Source: Spirochaetia bacterium
Lineage (GTDB): Bacteria > Spirochaetota > Spirochaetia > UBA9216
NCBI GenBank assembly: GCA_963675665.1
Contig: OY776510.1
Coordinates: forward strand, 2,176,001-2,240,000
Direction of reading: 5' to 3'
DNA: 64,000 nucleotides
This document shows positions 38,681 to 48,839 of this stretch, piece by piece. The position numbers and the translations under genes were made by a program. The notes beneath the pieces are model-generated. The model saw only the letters and a list, made by a program, of their open reading frames with translations, was not told the DNA's origin and did not search any database. How positions within the stretch are numbered: the first letter of the stretch is position 1; every line of letters starts with the position of its first letter.

Positions 38681-39535
38681 TCAAACCCGCCACTCATCGC
38701 GTTTGGGATACCTGTAGTATTTCGGTATCCGGTAACCAAGCGTAAAAATAAGTCCAATTTTCCGATCTGCTGTTACCCCGGCTTTTTGTCTCAGCCTCCT
38801 GGTTATAAGCGCTGCTTCTGCGAACCCGATCATGCACGAGCCTATACCTCTGGCGTGAGCTGTAAGCATCATATTCTGCCCGGCAAGCGCGCAGTCGGTC
38901 CGTCCGAAGCGGTTTCCGACTGAAGTATCAGGGTAGGTGAGAATCACGACAGCCGGAGCGCCGAAGAAAAAAACATCAGCCTTTCCCGAAATAGTGTCGG
39001 TGATACGCTGATAGTAATCTTCAAGAAGAGGTTTTCTTGCATACCGGCCGAGTCCGAACATTTTAAGAATTTGCCTGCCTATGGGGTTTAATCCGAACAT
39101 TACCGCTTTCAGCAGAACTTTTGAGATCATTATGGAAACCCGGCGTACCTCATCGTTCTGAAGAACAACAGCCTTAACCTGGCGGCTGTTTGTTGCGGTT
39201 GCACTCAGGCTGCCGGCATACAGGATCGCATTCAAATCACCGGAACTGATTGATTCGGGTTTATAATGACGAACCGAGCGCTTGCTGTTGATAAAATGAT
39301 CGATTTGGGCTGGTGCTGTTGTCTCTGTATTGTCAGGGTATTCCGGGAGCGGGCTGCCGTCAGCCCTTACGGCATTAACCGGGCAGACCATCCCGCAGTG
39401 ACTGCATTCTATGCAGTTTTCAGCCTTAATAAAGGCAGTTTTGCCGATTCTGTCTATTGTAATAACTCCGGGAGGGCATTCTTTGGAACAGATTCCGCAG
39501 AAAGTGCACTTGTTTTGGTCTATTGTAAATATCAT
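38681..39535 (-). CDS. Nitroreductase with N-terminal 2x[4Fe-4S] ferredoxin domain
   Basis: CTFCGICSKECP and CIECSHCGMVCP; RSVRHY; AGQNMMLTAHARGIGSCMIG. Confidence 0.9.
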   Translation of the reverse strand: MIFTIDQNKCTFCGICSKECPPGVITIDRIGKTAFIKAENCIECSHCGMVCPVNAVRADGSPLPEYPDNTETTAPAQIDHFINSKRSVRHYKPESISSGDLNAILYAGSLSATATNSRQVKAVVLQNDEVRRVSIMISKVLLKAVMFGLNPIGRQILKMFGLGRYARKPLLEDYYQRITDTISGKADVFFFGAPAVVILTYPDTSVGNRFGRTDCALAGQNMMLTAHARGIGSCMIGFAEAALITRRLRQKAGVTADRKIGLIFTLGYRIPKYYRYPKRDEWRV

Positions 39536-39570
39536 GTTCTGATAATATCAGAAAAAACCAATCTTTCCAA

Positions 39571-39617
39571 CTTAACATATGTAAAATTAAATATTACACT
39601 CTTTACATAAGTAAAAT
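39571..39617 (+). promoter_or_regulatory. Tandem palindromic operator upstream of the dehydrogenase operon (candidate SorC/DeoR site)
   Basis: CTTAACATATGTAAAAT (39571-87) and CTTTACATAAGTAAAAT (39601-17): 30-bp-spaced repeats, each with a TTWACAT/ATGTAAA-like palindrome. Confidence 0.55.
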
Positions 39618-39671
39618 AATTGACTATAGTTAAGTAAGTATTATGAATATAAATATTGACAGGGGGGCTTT

Positions 39672-40628
39672 ATGAAGCTGTCAAAAGAAAAGCATAAAGA
39701 ACTGTATCTGAAGATGATGCAGACAAGAAGATTCGAAGAAACAGCAGCAAGATTGTTTGTTGAAGGAAAGGTGCACGGTACAGCGCATTTTTGTATCGGT
39801 GAAGAAGCCACAGGTGTAGGCGTTTGTTCTGCTCTTGAGGTTGAAGACTATATTCTTCAGACTCACCGCGGACATAACCAGGGCATCGGCAAGAATATGG
39901 ATATAAACAGAATGATGGCTGAGTTCCGGGGAAAAGAAACAGGCTACTGCAAGGGTAAGGGCGGATGTATGCATATTGCAGATTTTTCCGTAGGTTCGCT
40001 CGGTGCCAACGGTGTTGTAGGCGGAGGCATACCTATCGCTACAGGCGCTGCTTTGAAACAGAAATACAATAAAGAGAAAAACATAACTGTCTGCTTTTTC
40101 GGCGACGGTGCTTCGAATGAGGGCGCGTTTCATGAATCTCTGAACCTGGCAGCCGCATGGAAACTTCCGGTCCTTTTTGTATGTACAAACAACCAGTACG
40201 GTATGTCTACTTCGACAAAAATTTCTATGGCTATTAATGATATTTCTATCCGGGCGGCAGGCTACGGCATGAAGGGTATTAACCTTGATGGAAATGATGT
40301 AGTGAATATCTACAATGAAACGGTTAAAGCTAAAAAATACATACTCGAGAACGGCCCGATGCTTATGGTTCTTGAAACATACCGCTGGATGGGTCACTCG
40401 AAATCGGACGCCCAGCTGTACAGAACCAAGGAAGAGGTTAACGAATGGAAGGAAAAGTGTCCGATTAAGCGGCACAGGGAATTCCTTCTTGCCGAGGGTA
40501 TCCTGACAGAAGCTGAAATTGATGCACTTGATAAACAGGCGGAAGAAGATATCAAAAGGGCAGTGGATTTTGCGGAAAACAGCCCGGAACCGAAGATCGA
40601 AGACATCTTTGATGATGTGTATGCGTAA
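39672..40628 (+). CDS. acoA: TPP-dependent acetoin/2-oxoacid dehydrogenase E1 alpha
   Basis: HFCIGEEA, THRGH, GKGGCMH, FGDGASNEG...NNQYG TPP motif, TYRWMGHS. Confidence 0.85.
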   Translation: MKLSKEKHKELYLKMMQTRRFEETAARLFVEGKVHGTAHFCIGEEATGVGVCSALEVEDYILQTHRGHNQGIGKNMDINRMMAEFRGKETGYCKGKGGCMHIADFSVGSLGANGVVGGGIPIATGAALKQKYNKEKNITVCFFGDGASNEGAFHESLNLAAAWKLPVLFVCTNNQYGMSTSTKISMAINDISIRAAGYGMKGINLDGNDVVNIYNETVKAKKYILENGPMLMVLETYRWMGHSKSDAQLYRTKEEVNEWKEKCPIKRHREFLLAEGILTEAEIDALDKQAEEDIKRAVDFAENSPEPKIEDIFDDVYA

Positions 40629-40718
40629 AGTTATTGGACGTCCTTGTCCAATAACTTTCGAAGTTTGATTGCTGCGCTATCAAACTTCAATTATGCAGTC
40701 CTGTCATCCGTGACAGGG
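40627..40718. repeat. Three consecutive hairpins (REP-like/structured insertion) between the E1 alpha and E1 beta genes
   Basis: AAAGTTATTGGAC-GTCCTT-GTCCAATAACTTT; GAAGTTTGAT-N9-ATCAAACTTC; CCTGTCA-TCCG-TGACAGG. Confidence 0.65.
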
Positions 40719-40745
40719 ATCATTAGTATTTAGGAGTATTATTTT

Positions 40746-41726
40746 ATGAGAGAAATTACATATGCACAGGCGTTAAACGAAGCGATGAGCGAAGAAATGC
40801 GCGCCGATAAAAATATAATCTTTATGGGCGAGGACGTCGGAGTTTACGGCGGAGCTTTTGGAGTTTCAAGGGGAATGTTTGAGGAATTCGGTCCGGAAAG
40901 GGTTATGGATACCCCTATTTCCGAACTTGCAATAACGGGATGTGCCGCGGGCGCATCAATGACAGGTCTTATAACAATTGTCGAAATTATGTTCTCGGAT
41001 TTTATGACTCTGGCCATGGAGCAGCTTGTTAATCAGGCGGCGAAAAACAGGTTTCAGTTCGGCGGACAGGGTTCGGTTCCGATGGTCCTAAGGGCACCGG
41101 GCGGATCAGGTACGGGCGCTGCCGAACAGCACAGCCAGAGTCTTGAAGCGTGGGTCGCTCATGTTCCGGGACTGAAGGTAGTTATTCCGTCAACCCCCTA
41201 TGATGCAAAAGGGCTTCTTAAGACTTCAATCCGGGATCCGAACCCTGTAGTCTTTCTTGAGCAGAAGCTTCTTTACAGAACAAAAGGTCCGGTTCCCGAG
41301 ATTGGAGACGATTACACAATACCTCTCGGAAAAGCCGACATTAAACGTGAAGGCAAGGATGTTACCATTATTACCTACGGAAGAATGGTTCCCCGCAGCC
41401 TGAAGGTTGCTGAAGATCTTGCGAAAGAGGGAATTGACATTGAGGTTGTCGATATCAGATCACTTGTACCGCTCGATAAGGAAACCCTGATAAAATCCGC
41501 CAAGAAAACCGGAAAGGTCCTTGTTGTTCATGAAGCATGTCAGACCGGCGGGTTCGGCGGCGAGCTTGTAAGCGTAGTTGTTGATTCGGACGCTTTCTTT
41601 TACCTTGATGCACCGGTCAGGAGACTGGGCGGACTTGATGTTCCTATTCCTTATAATCCGAATCTTGAAGCACAGGTTGTTCCGACTGAAGAAAAGATAA
41701 CAGCTGCTGTCAAAGATCTTCTCTAG
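40746..41726 (+). CDS. acoB: Acetoin/2-oxoacid dehydrogenase E1 beta
   Basis: [33 protein letters not shown]. Confidence 0.87.
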   Translation: MREITYAQALNEAMSEEMRADKNIIFMGEDVGVYGGAFGVSRGMFEEFGPERVMDTPISELAITGCAAGASMTGLITIVEIMFSDFMTLAMEQLVNQAAKNRFQFGGQGSVPMVLRAPGGSGTGAAEQHSQSLEAWVAHVPGLKVVIPSTPYDAKGLLKTSIRDPNPVVFLEQKLLYRTKGPVPEIGDDYTIPLGKADIKREGKDVTIITYGRMVPRSLKVAEDLAKEGIDIEVVDIRSLVPLDKETLIKSAKKTGKVLVVHEACQTGGFGGELVSVVVDSDAFFYLDAPVRRLGGLDVPIPYNPNLEAQVVPTEEKITAAVKDLL

Positions 41727-41735
41727 GAGTATAAA

Positions 41736-43082
41736 ATGGCTGAAAAGATAATAATGCCTAAAACAGGTATGGCGATGGAAGAAGGGGTCATTATCGAATG
41801 GCTTATTAAAGAAGGAGACAAGGTTTCCCAGGGCGATATAGTAGCTGAAATCGAAACGGATAAATCTACCATGGAGCTCGAATCTGACTACAACGGAACC
41901 ATACTTAAGATACTATATCCTGCCGGAACGACTGTTCCGGTAGTAAAAACAATAGCCTGGATAGGCGAGCCCGGCGAAGAGCTGCCCGAAGAGGAAGAAG
42001 CTCCGGCGGCAGCACCTGCAGCTGAAGAAGCCCCTGTAAAAGAGACTTCTGCCGTGCCCGCATCTGCACCGGCTGCCGGTGTTCAGGCCGGAACAACCAA
42101 AGCCGAGTCTGTAGGCAATCGCGTGAAGGCAACCCCTGCAGCCCGCCGCGCGGCAGGAGAAAAAGGTGTTAACCTGGCGGATGTTCAGCCGAGCGGAAAG
42201 CACGGTGAAGTTCGTGAAGGCGATGTGCTGGCGACTCCCGCTGTTTCTGCTACCCCGCTTGCGGCCCGTATCGCAGCCGACCAGAATATATCTCTGTCGG
42301 GTATAGCAGGTTCAGGTTTTGCAGGCAAGGTTTTCAAGGCGGATCTTTCGGCACTGAGCAGTATGTCTGCTGCAGTTGAGGAAGGTTTTGTTCCGAATTA
42401 TGAAGACCAATATGTCAAGCTGACCCAGATTCAGAAGATTACCGGTAAACGCATGCTTCAGAGTCATATCGAAATCCCGGTTGTTACCGAAGATGCTAAA
42501 GCCGATGTAACAGAGCTTCTTGCAGTTCGGAAGAGCCTTAATGAATCGCTTGATGCAAAAATCTCAATTAACGATTTTGTCATGCTTGCGACAGCCCGTA
42601 TGCTCAGGCTTAATCCTAGAATGAATTCACAGCTTGCCGGAGATGATCAGCTTCTCTACAAGGGCAGAATAAACCTTGGAATGGCAGTAGCCACGCCGCG
42701 TGGGCTTCTGGTTCCGGTAATCAATGATGCCGACATGTATTCAATTACAGGTATGGCCGCCGCAACAAAAGAGATGACACTTAAGGGCCGGGATGGTAAA
42801 CTTCAGGCTGATGATATGGAAGGCGGTACGTTTACAGTTTCCAATATTGGAATGTACGGGGTGACTTCTTTTACGCCTATTATAAATCAGCCCCAGGCAG
42901 GGATCCTGGGAGTCTGCGCTATTGAAGATCAGCTGAAGATGATAGACGGCGAGATTGTAAACCGCAAGATTATGGGACTCAGCCTGACATTCGATCACAG
43001 GATAGTAGACGGAGCGGAAGCCGCAATGGCAATCAAGACTGTCAAGGATTTTCTTGAATCGCCGTTGACAATTCTTGCGTAA
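41736..43082 (+). CDS. acoC: Dihydrolipoamide acyltransferase E2
   Basis: Lipoyl motif ETDKST; two E3-binding repeats (ATPAARR, ATPLAAR); FDHRIVDG catalytic motif. Confidence 0.88.
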   Translation: MAEKIIMPKTGMAMEEGVIIEWLIKEGDKVSQGDIVAEIETDKSTMELESDYNGTILKILYPAGTTVPVVKTIAWIGEPGEELPEEEEAPAAAPAAEEAPVKETSAVPASAPAAGVQAGTTKAESVGNRVKATPAARRAAGEKGVNLADVQPSGKHGEVREGDVLATPAVSATPLAARIAADQNISLSGIAGSGFAGKVFKADLSALSSMSAAVEEGFVPNYEDQYVKLTQIQKITGKRMLQSHIEIPVVTEDAKADVTELLAVRKSLNESLDAKISINDFVMLATARMLRLNPRMNSQLAGDDQLLYKGRINLGMAVATPRGLLVPVINDADMYSITGMAAATKEMTLKGRDGKLQADDMEGGTFTVSNIGMYGVTSFTPIINQPQAGILGVCAIEDQLKMIDGEIVNRKIMGLSLTFDHRIVDGAEAAMAIKTVKDFLESPLTILA

Positions 43083-43095
43083 AACGGAGAAAAAA

Positions 43096-44529
43096 ATGGC
43101 TGAAAATAAATATGACGTAATCGTAATCGGCGGCGGTCCCGCCGGTTATGTTGCGGCCATCAAGGCCGCCCAGGTCGGCGCAAAAACCGCCTGTGTTGAG
43201 AAAGATATCCTCGGCGGAACATGTCTTAACCGGGGATGTATCCCCACAAAGAACTTTCTGAAAAGCGCCGACTTCCTTTACGAAATGGAAGAAGCAGCTT
43301 CGCGCGGAATAAAACTCGAATCGGATAAATTTACTATCGATATGCCGGCGGTTGTAAAAGCCAAGGACAAGGTAGTTAAAAAACTTACCGGTGGAGTCGG
43401 CACGCTGCTTAAGGCTAATAAAGTTGATGTATTTTACGGAAAAGGAATTGCCCGGTCAGCTACTGTTATACAGGTAAGTGGAGGAAAATCAGGCGATTTG
43501 ACCCTTAATACAGGTGCGATCATTCTTGCCGGCGGTTCAAAAGCTGTTAAGCTGCCCATCCCCGGCGTTGAAAGCGAAAGGGTCCTGACAAGCGATGAAA
43601 TACTAGATATTCAGGAAGTGCCGTCCGCACTTGCGATAATCGGCGGCGGTGTAATCGGTGTTGAGATGGCCATGGTTTTTGCGGCCTTCGGCAGCAAGGT
43701 TACCATTGTGGAACTTGAACCGGCCATTTTACCCTTTATGGAAAAGGAAGCCTCGGACCTTGTTCTTAAATCGCTTAAAAAGAAGGGTGTTGACGTAAAA
43801 ACGGGCATAAAACTTGAAAAGTTCGAAGAAACCGAGAGCGGTATAAAGCTGGTGCTCGGAAACGGTGAAACAGTTGAAGCTGACAAGGCCCTTCTTTCAA
43901 TCGGACGGAGTGCTGATTTGAGCTGTGCTGAAGGATTGAACATCAAGACCGAACGGGGAAAGATTGTTGTCAATGACGAAATGGAAACCTCGGTCAAAGG
44001 AATTTTTGCTCCAGGGGATGTTAACGGTCTGAAAATGCTGGCGCATGCCGCATTTAAAATGGGTGAAGCCGCTGCCGTGAACGCCGCCAAATATGCCGGA
44101 GTAAGTTCTGAAGAGGTAAACGGGCACGCGCCTGTAAAGGCCGATTTGCGTTATGTTCCTGCAGTTGTTTATTCTGTGCCTGAGGTAGCAAGCGTCGGAC
44201 TTTCTGAAGCAGCTGCGGCAGAAAAGGGTCCGATCGCCGTAGGTAATTTCCCTCTTGCGGCAAACGGAAGAGCGCTGGCGGCAGGGGCCCCCGAAGGATT
44301 CGTCAAGGTTATTATAGATTCCAAATACGGGGAGATTCTAGGCGTCCATATTGTAGGGCACGGGGCTTCTGAAATAATCAATGAAGCAGCCGCGCTCATG
44401 GCCATGGAAATTACAGCCCATGAAGTTGCAGAGATTATGCACGGACATCCGACGGTCTCGGAGGCTTTTATGGAAGCCGCCGCCGATGCTCTTGGTAAAT
44501 GTATACATTTGCCCCCAAAAGCAAAATAA
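43096..44529 (+). CDS. lpdA: Dihydrolipoamide dehydrogenase E3
   Basis: GGGPAGYVAA, GGTCLNRGCIPTK, HPTVSE. Confidence 0.95.
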   Translation: MAENKYDVIVIGGGPAGYVAAIKAAQVGAKTACVEKDILGGTCLNRGCIPTKNFLKSADFLYEMEEAASRGIKLESDKFTIDMPAVVKAKDKVVKKLTGGVGTLLKANKVDVFYGKGIARSATVIQVSGGKSGDLTLNTGAIILAGGSKAVKLPIPGVESERVLTSDEILDIQEVPSALAIIGGGVIGVEMAMVFAAFGSKVTIVELEPAILPFMEKEASDLVLKSLKKKGVDVKTGIKLEKFEETESGIKLVLGNGETVEADKALLSIGRSADLSCAEGLNIKTERGKIVVNDEMETSVKGIFAPGDVNGLKMLAHAAFKMGEAAAVNAAKYAGVSSEEVNGHAPVKADLRYVPAVVYSVPEVASVGLSEAAAAEKGPIAVGNFPLAANGRALAAGAPEGFVKVIIDSKYGEILGVHIVGHGASEIINEAAALMAMEITAHEVAEIMHGHPTVSEAFMEAAADALGKCIHLPPKAK

Positions 44530-44611
44530 AATCTTCGATTTTTATTTTGCTTACAGGAGCTTTTTTGACTGAAGACTGCCAAAAATCTCCATAAAAAATG
44601 AAGGACGAAAT

Positions 44612-45547
44612 ATGAGCAGAAGCCAGGATTTTATGGTGGAAATCGCCAGACGATACTATATAGATGAAATTTCACAGCAGGAAATTGCCAGAGAATATAA
44701 TCTGTCCCGGCCGACTGTTTCAAATATTTTAAAGCAATGCCGCGAAGAGGGTATAGTTGAGATCCGTATTCGCGAGAGTTCGGCCTTTTCTCGTGGATTG
44801 AGCAACCGCCTGCGCGATCGGTTCGGAATTCGAGATGTAATAATTGTTCCTTCCACAGAAGACCCTTCGGCGGCATTGAGCAGGGTCGGAGCCGAATCGG
44901 CAGCATTCGCTTCAGATGTGATAAAGGATGGTATGAAGGTCGGTATCGCATGGGGTACAACGCTGTTCCAGATGGTGCATCAGATGAAGCATCTGAACGT
45001 AGTCGATACCGAGGTTGTACAGCTTATGGGCGGTCTGGGCGCGTCCAATCCCCAGTATGACGGGGCCGATCTGGCGCGTGAACTGTCCAAGCTGCTGAAT
45101 GCCCGTTATTACCCGCTGCAATGCCCGGTGCTTGTAAAGAATACCGAGGTAAAGGAAATGCTGGTCTCAGAAAACGGTATACGCGAAACATTGCAGCGTA
45201 CAGGAAATCTCGATATAGCGTTTGTCGGGTTGTCATCAAATGATCCCGATAAATCGGCCCTTGTAAAAGCCGGATTTCTGACTTATGAAGAGGCTGAAGA
45301 AACCCTGCGCGCCGGGGCCGTAGGTCATATTTGCGGTTACAGTTACGGGGAAGAAGGTAAAATGCTGCCGCTGCCGGTTAACCACAGGATTATAGGAATT
45401 GAATTTGAGAATCTGAAAAAGATTCCCGAGCGTGTAGGAATTGCATGCGGCTCGGAAAAGGCGGATGCAATCAAGGCTGCCATGACAGGCGGGCTGATAA
45501 CCACCCTTATTACCGACGAATCGGCGGCATTGAGAATACTTAGCTGA
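44612..45547 (+). CDS. SorC/DeoR-family sugar-binding transcriptional regulator
   Basis: ARRYYIDEISQQEIA...SRPTVS...GIVEI; GIAWGTT; GAVGHIC; LITDE. Confidence 0.9.
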   Translation: MSRSQDFMVEIARRYYIDEISQQEIAREYNLSRPTVSNILKQCREEGIVEIRIRESSAFSRGLSNRLRDRFGIRDVIIVPSTEDPSAALSRVGAESAAFASDVIKDGMKVGIAWGTTLFQMVHQMKHLNVVDTEVVQLMGGLGASNPQYDGADLARELSKLLNARYYPLQCPVLVKNTEVKEMLVSENGIRETLQRTGNLDIAFVGLSSNDPDKSALVKAGFLTYEEAEETLRAGAVGHICGYSYGEEGKMLPLPVNHRIIGIEFENLKKIPERVGIACGSEKADAIKAAMTGGLITTLITDESAALRILS

Positions 45548-45624
45548 TTATTCATTCTACTTGCATTGTTTTACAAATGGTAATATCCTTTATATAAATT
45601 ATTACCGAAAACGAGGAAAAATAT

Positions 45625-46929
45625 TTGTTAAGATTAGGACTAATCGCTCCTGAATGGTCTCTGGAACGAATCCTTTCAGTTTCAGCTGAATATAAAGATA
45701 ATATCAAATTCTCAACTTTTAAATTTAACAGCATTAAAGAAATTCCCAAAATCATCGAAGCTGAAAAAGGTCATATCCATAGATGGCTTTTTTCAGGCCC
45801 GCTGCCATATTATATTTCAAAATATTACCTGCACAAAGATGAGGATCTTTTTTATTGCAGAATAACCGAGGCGGGACTTATGAAAAGTCTCCTTGAGGTT
45901 GCTTACGATCATAAAAGTTTTCTTCAGAAAATATCTCTTGATTTTATGGAAGAGATTGCTGATATGAATATGATCATCAGTGAGATAAACATACCTCGCA
46001 GTGATGTATTTATCTCATGTTACTCAGTCCCATTGGAAGAAGATGAGATATTTGAATTCCATTTTAAATTATGGAAAGATAAAAAAACCTGTTGTGCAAT
46101 TACAACGATACCTTCAGTTTATAATAGGTTAAAAGAATCGGGAGTTCCGGTTTATAATATTAAAGTTTCCAGTATGGAAATAAGACTGACAATAGAATTG
46201 TTGTTGGAAAAAGAGCGAAGCATGTATTTTAAAAATACACAGCTCGGGCTTTTAGCAATTGAGATTTCCAACTACGAATCTGTTGCTGAAAAGGCTATGA
46301 CGCCGTACAAGATGCAGCTTTTGGAATTAAAAATAAATAATCTGCTTTTGAATTATTGTGAACAAATAGACGGTTATATGGTTCCCAAGGGAAACGGCCG
46401 ATATGAGATCTTTGGCTCACGAGGTAAAATTGAAAGTAATATTCCATTGCTGAGTGCTGATATGGATAAAATCTCGGTTATCATTGAAGCAAAACTTGTT
46501 GCCGGTATCGGATTCGGTGATACTGTCTTCATCGCTCAGATAAATTCAAATAAGGCTTTAAATCTAGCAAGGAAGAAAAGCGGAATAATTATTCTTGACG
46601 GAGACGGCAATGTAATAGAGCAGGCGAATGCAAACGACAGAATATCATACAGCATCAGTTCTGACAATGCCGAGTTAAATAGATTGCTTCAAATTGCCAA
46701 TGTGGGTATCCGAACCTATAGAAAGATGTCAGCCTTGTCGGAGCATTTCGACGGAAACAGTTTTTCGGCACTGACGATAGCGCAGCATATGGGAGTTACT
46801 GATCGAAATCTTAGAAGAATAATCTCAGGGCTTTTAAAAGCAGGTTTGATTGTATGTGTAGGTGAGGAATCATCAGGAGAAAGGGGCCGGCCTGCGAAAA
46901 TATATAAGTTTTCGAATATTAGCAAATAA
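45625..46929 (+). CDS. Putative transcriptional regulator with C-terminal HTH (GRP motif)
   Basis: LFSGPLPY N-terminal motif; C-terminal IAQHMGVTDRNLRRII...GEE...RGRPAKIY; TTG start with GAGGA RBS. Confidence 0.72.
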   Translation: MLRLGLIAPEWSLERILSVSAEYKDNIKFSTFKFNSIKEIPKIIEAEKGHIHRWLFSGPLPYYISKYYLHKDEDLFYCRITEAGLMKSLLEVAYDHKSFLQKISLDFMEEIADMNMIISEINIPRSDVFISCYSVPLEEDEIFEFHFKLWKDKKTCCAITTIPSVYNRLKESGVPVYNIKVSSMEIRLTIELLLEKERSMYFKNTQLGLLAIEISNYESVAEKAMTPYKMQLLELKINNLLLNYCEQIDGYMVPKGNGRYEIFGSRGKIESNIPLLSADMDKISVIIEAKLVAGIGFGDTVFIAQINSNKALNLARKKSGIIILDGDGNVIEQANANDRISYSISSDNAELNRLLQIANVGIRTYRKMSALSEHFDGNSFSALTIAQHMGVTDRNLRRIISGLLKAGLIVCVGEESSGERGRPAKIYKFSNISK

Positions 46930-46944
46930 TTTAAAAGAAAAAGA

Positions 46945-47003
46945 TTGCGTATTTTTATTGGTTGTGTTATATTTAATTACGGTATAAATAAGGAAATATA
47001 CCG
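46945..47003 (+). promoter_or_regulatory. Promoter and palindromic operator of the ATC-hydrolase operon
   Basis: TTGCGT-17-TATATT (46945-46973, TG-extended); CGGTATA-N10-TATACCG (46980-47003); related GGTAATA-N14-TATTACC at 45579-45606 upstream of the regulator. Confidence 0.55.
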
Positions 47004-47025
47004 ATAAAAAATAAAGGAATTTGCA

Positions 47026-47517
47026 ATGGAAAATATAAATGATGTTCCAATGATTTTAAGGAGACAAATAGAAGCTTCCGTAATTGGACCTTTTTTTTCC
47101 AAATACTCAAAGGAGTTGGGATACGAGAATAATTGCGAAATTACAAAAGAGGTAATTTCAGGTCTTGCGAAAGAAGCCGGGGCTTCCCTTGCAAAAGCTG
47201 TTGGATTTAAAACACTGCTTGATATCAAGGAAAAAGTTAATCCACTTTTCAATAAAGGGGGAGTGCTGGAAATAAACTATAAAGAATGCTCCAAAGAAAA
47301 ATTGGTATTTGATGTAACAAAATGTGCATATGTAGAGATGTATAAAAAGCTCGGAATGGAAGATCTGGGATATCAATTATCCTGTCAGCGAGATGAATTT
47401 CTTTTTAAAGGAATGAATAGTAATATCAAATTTACCCGAACACAAACTTTAATGGAAGGCGGTAAATGTTGTGACTTCTGTCTTGAACTTGATAAAGAGA
47501 GCTTAGATGAGAATTAA
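47026..47517 (+). CDS. L-2-amino-thiazoline-4-carboxylate hydrolase-family protein
   Basis: RRQIEA, FDVTKCAYVEMYKKLG..DLG..LSCQRD, FTRTQTLMEGGKCCDF. Confidence 0.85.
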   Translation: MENINDVPMILRRQIEASVIGPFFSKYSKELGYENNCEITKEVISGLAKEAGASLAKAVGFKTLLDIKEKVNPLFNKGGVLEINYKECSKEKLVFDVTKCAYVEMYKKLGMEDLGYQLSCQRDEFLFKGMNSNIKFTRTQTLMEGGKCCDFCLELDKESLDEN

Positions 47518-48832
47518 TGACTGGTTCAACAGGAATTCTCATGAGCTTGTACGGCTTAGTGATGCAATCTGGGGTTATGCAGAGACAGCGCTGAATGAAA
47601 GAAAATCATCTAAATTGCTTTCGGACTTTCTTGAACAGCAGGGCTTCTCTGTAGACAGGAACATTTCAGGTCTGCAGACAGCTTTTCGCGCCGTATGGGG
47701 CAAGGGTGAACCTTCGATTGCTTTTTTGGGGGAATATGATGCTCTTTCGGGGTTAAGCCAGAAACCGCTTCCATATATTGAAAAAAACAATTCGTCCGAA
47801 AACGGTCATGGCTGCGGTCATAATCTCTTGGGAGTGGGAACTCTTGGCGCTGCTCTTGCGTTGAAGCATGTAATAGAACAGGAAAATATTGAAGGTTCTG
47901 TTTTTTTTTATGGGTGCCCTGCAGAAGAGACAATGACTGGAAAAATTCTTATGGAAGCTGACGGGGTTTTTGATGATCTTGATTTGGCGTTGTCCTGGCA
48001 TCCATCAACTGAAAACAGAGTAATGGAAAATGATTTTCTTGCAATGAAGACCCTTAGATATACATTCAACGGAATATCTGCCCATGCCGCTGCGTCTCCT
48101 GAAAAAGGACGCTCCGCTCTTGATGCTGTTGAGTTAATGAACGTCGGTGTTAATTATTTGAGAGAGCATGTCCCCGATGATGTAAGGATACATTATTCAA
48201 TAACCGACGGAGGAACTGAACCAAATATTGTTCCTCCTTTGGCAAAATCTCTTTACTATATCAGGGCTTTAAAATGGAAAACTGTAGAAGAAGTAGTGTA
48301 TAGAATTAATAAAATTGCAGAAGGTGCTGCTCTTATGACTGAAACAGACAATCAGATCGAGCAATTAACCGACTGCAGGCAGTTCATACATAATTCCTGC
48401 CTGGAAAGATTACTGCATGATTGTATGCTTGAGACTCCTGCACAGCGATGGTCCAGTGAGGATATCGATTTTGGAAAAAGAATTGGAAAAACATTGGATA
48501 AGAATAATTTGTTTGGAAATAAAGAGAAAGGTTTTCTTGATAATAAAGTTTATCCGTTGAGTGAAAACCGTCCTGTTTATTTTGCATCTACGGATGTGGC
48601 GAACGTGAGCTGGAAGGTTCCTACAGGGCAAATATGGACGAGTTGTGTTCCATTTGGTGTTCCGGCTCATACATGGCAATTTACTTCAAGTGTAGGTATG
48701 TCTATCGGTCACCGGGGAATGCTTTATGCCGCGGAAGTTCTGGCAAGGGTTTCGACAAGATTTATCGGGGATAAAAATCTTCAGGAACAGATTAAAAATG
48801 AGTTTTATAAGAAATTGAAAAAGCAGGGGTAA
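47507..48832 (+). CDS. M20-family amidohydrolase (AbgB-like)
   Basis: GEYDAL, GHGCGHNLLG, GCPAEE, WHP, GRSALDAVELM...LREH, STDVANVSW. Confidence 0.88.
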   Translation: MRINDWFNRNSHELVRLSDAIWGYAETALNERKSSKLLSDFLEQQGFSVDRNISGLQTAFRAVWGKGEPSIAFLGEYDALSGLSQKPLPYIEKNNSSENGHGCGHNLLGVGTLGAALALKHVIEQENIEGSVFFYGCPAEETMTGKILMEADGVFDDLDLALSWHPSTENRVMENDFLAMKTLRYTFNGISAHAAASPEKGRSALDAVELMNVGVNYLREHVPDDVRIHYSITDGGTEPNIVPPLAKSLYYIRALKWKTVEEVVYRINKIAEGAALMTETDNQIEQLTDCRQFIHNSCLERLLHDCMLETPAQRWSSEDIDFGKRIGKTLDKNNLFGNKEKGFLDNKVYPLSENRPVYFASTDVANVSWKVPTGQIWTSCVPFGVPAHTWQFTSSVGMSIGHRGMLYAAEVLARVSTRFIGDKNLQEQIKNEFYKKLKKQG

Positions 48833-48839
48833 TCCGAAT

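Noticed and set aside
39681-40475. 264-aa antisense ORF within E1 alpha
   Set aside because: Shadow frame caused by codon bias; no motifs or RBS
40627-40718. Possible mini-CRISPR array or tRNA in the acoA-acoB gap
   Set aside because: The hairpins differ in sequence (no direct repeat-spacer periodicity), there is no cloverleaf or T-loop consensus, and no cas genes are present
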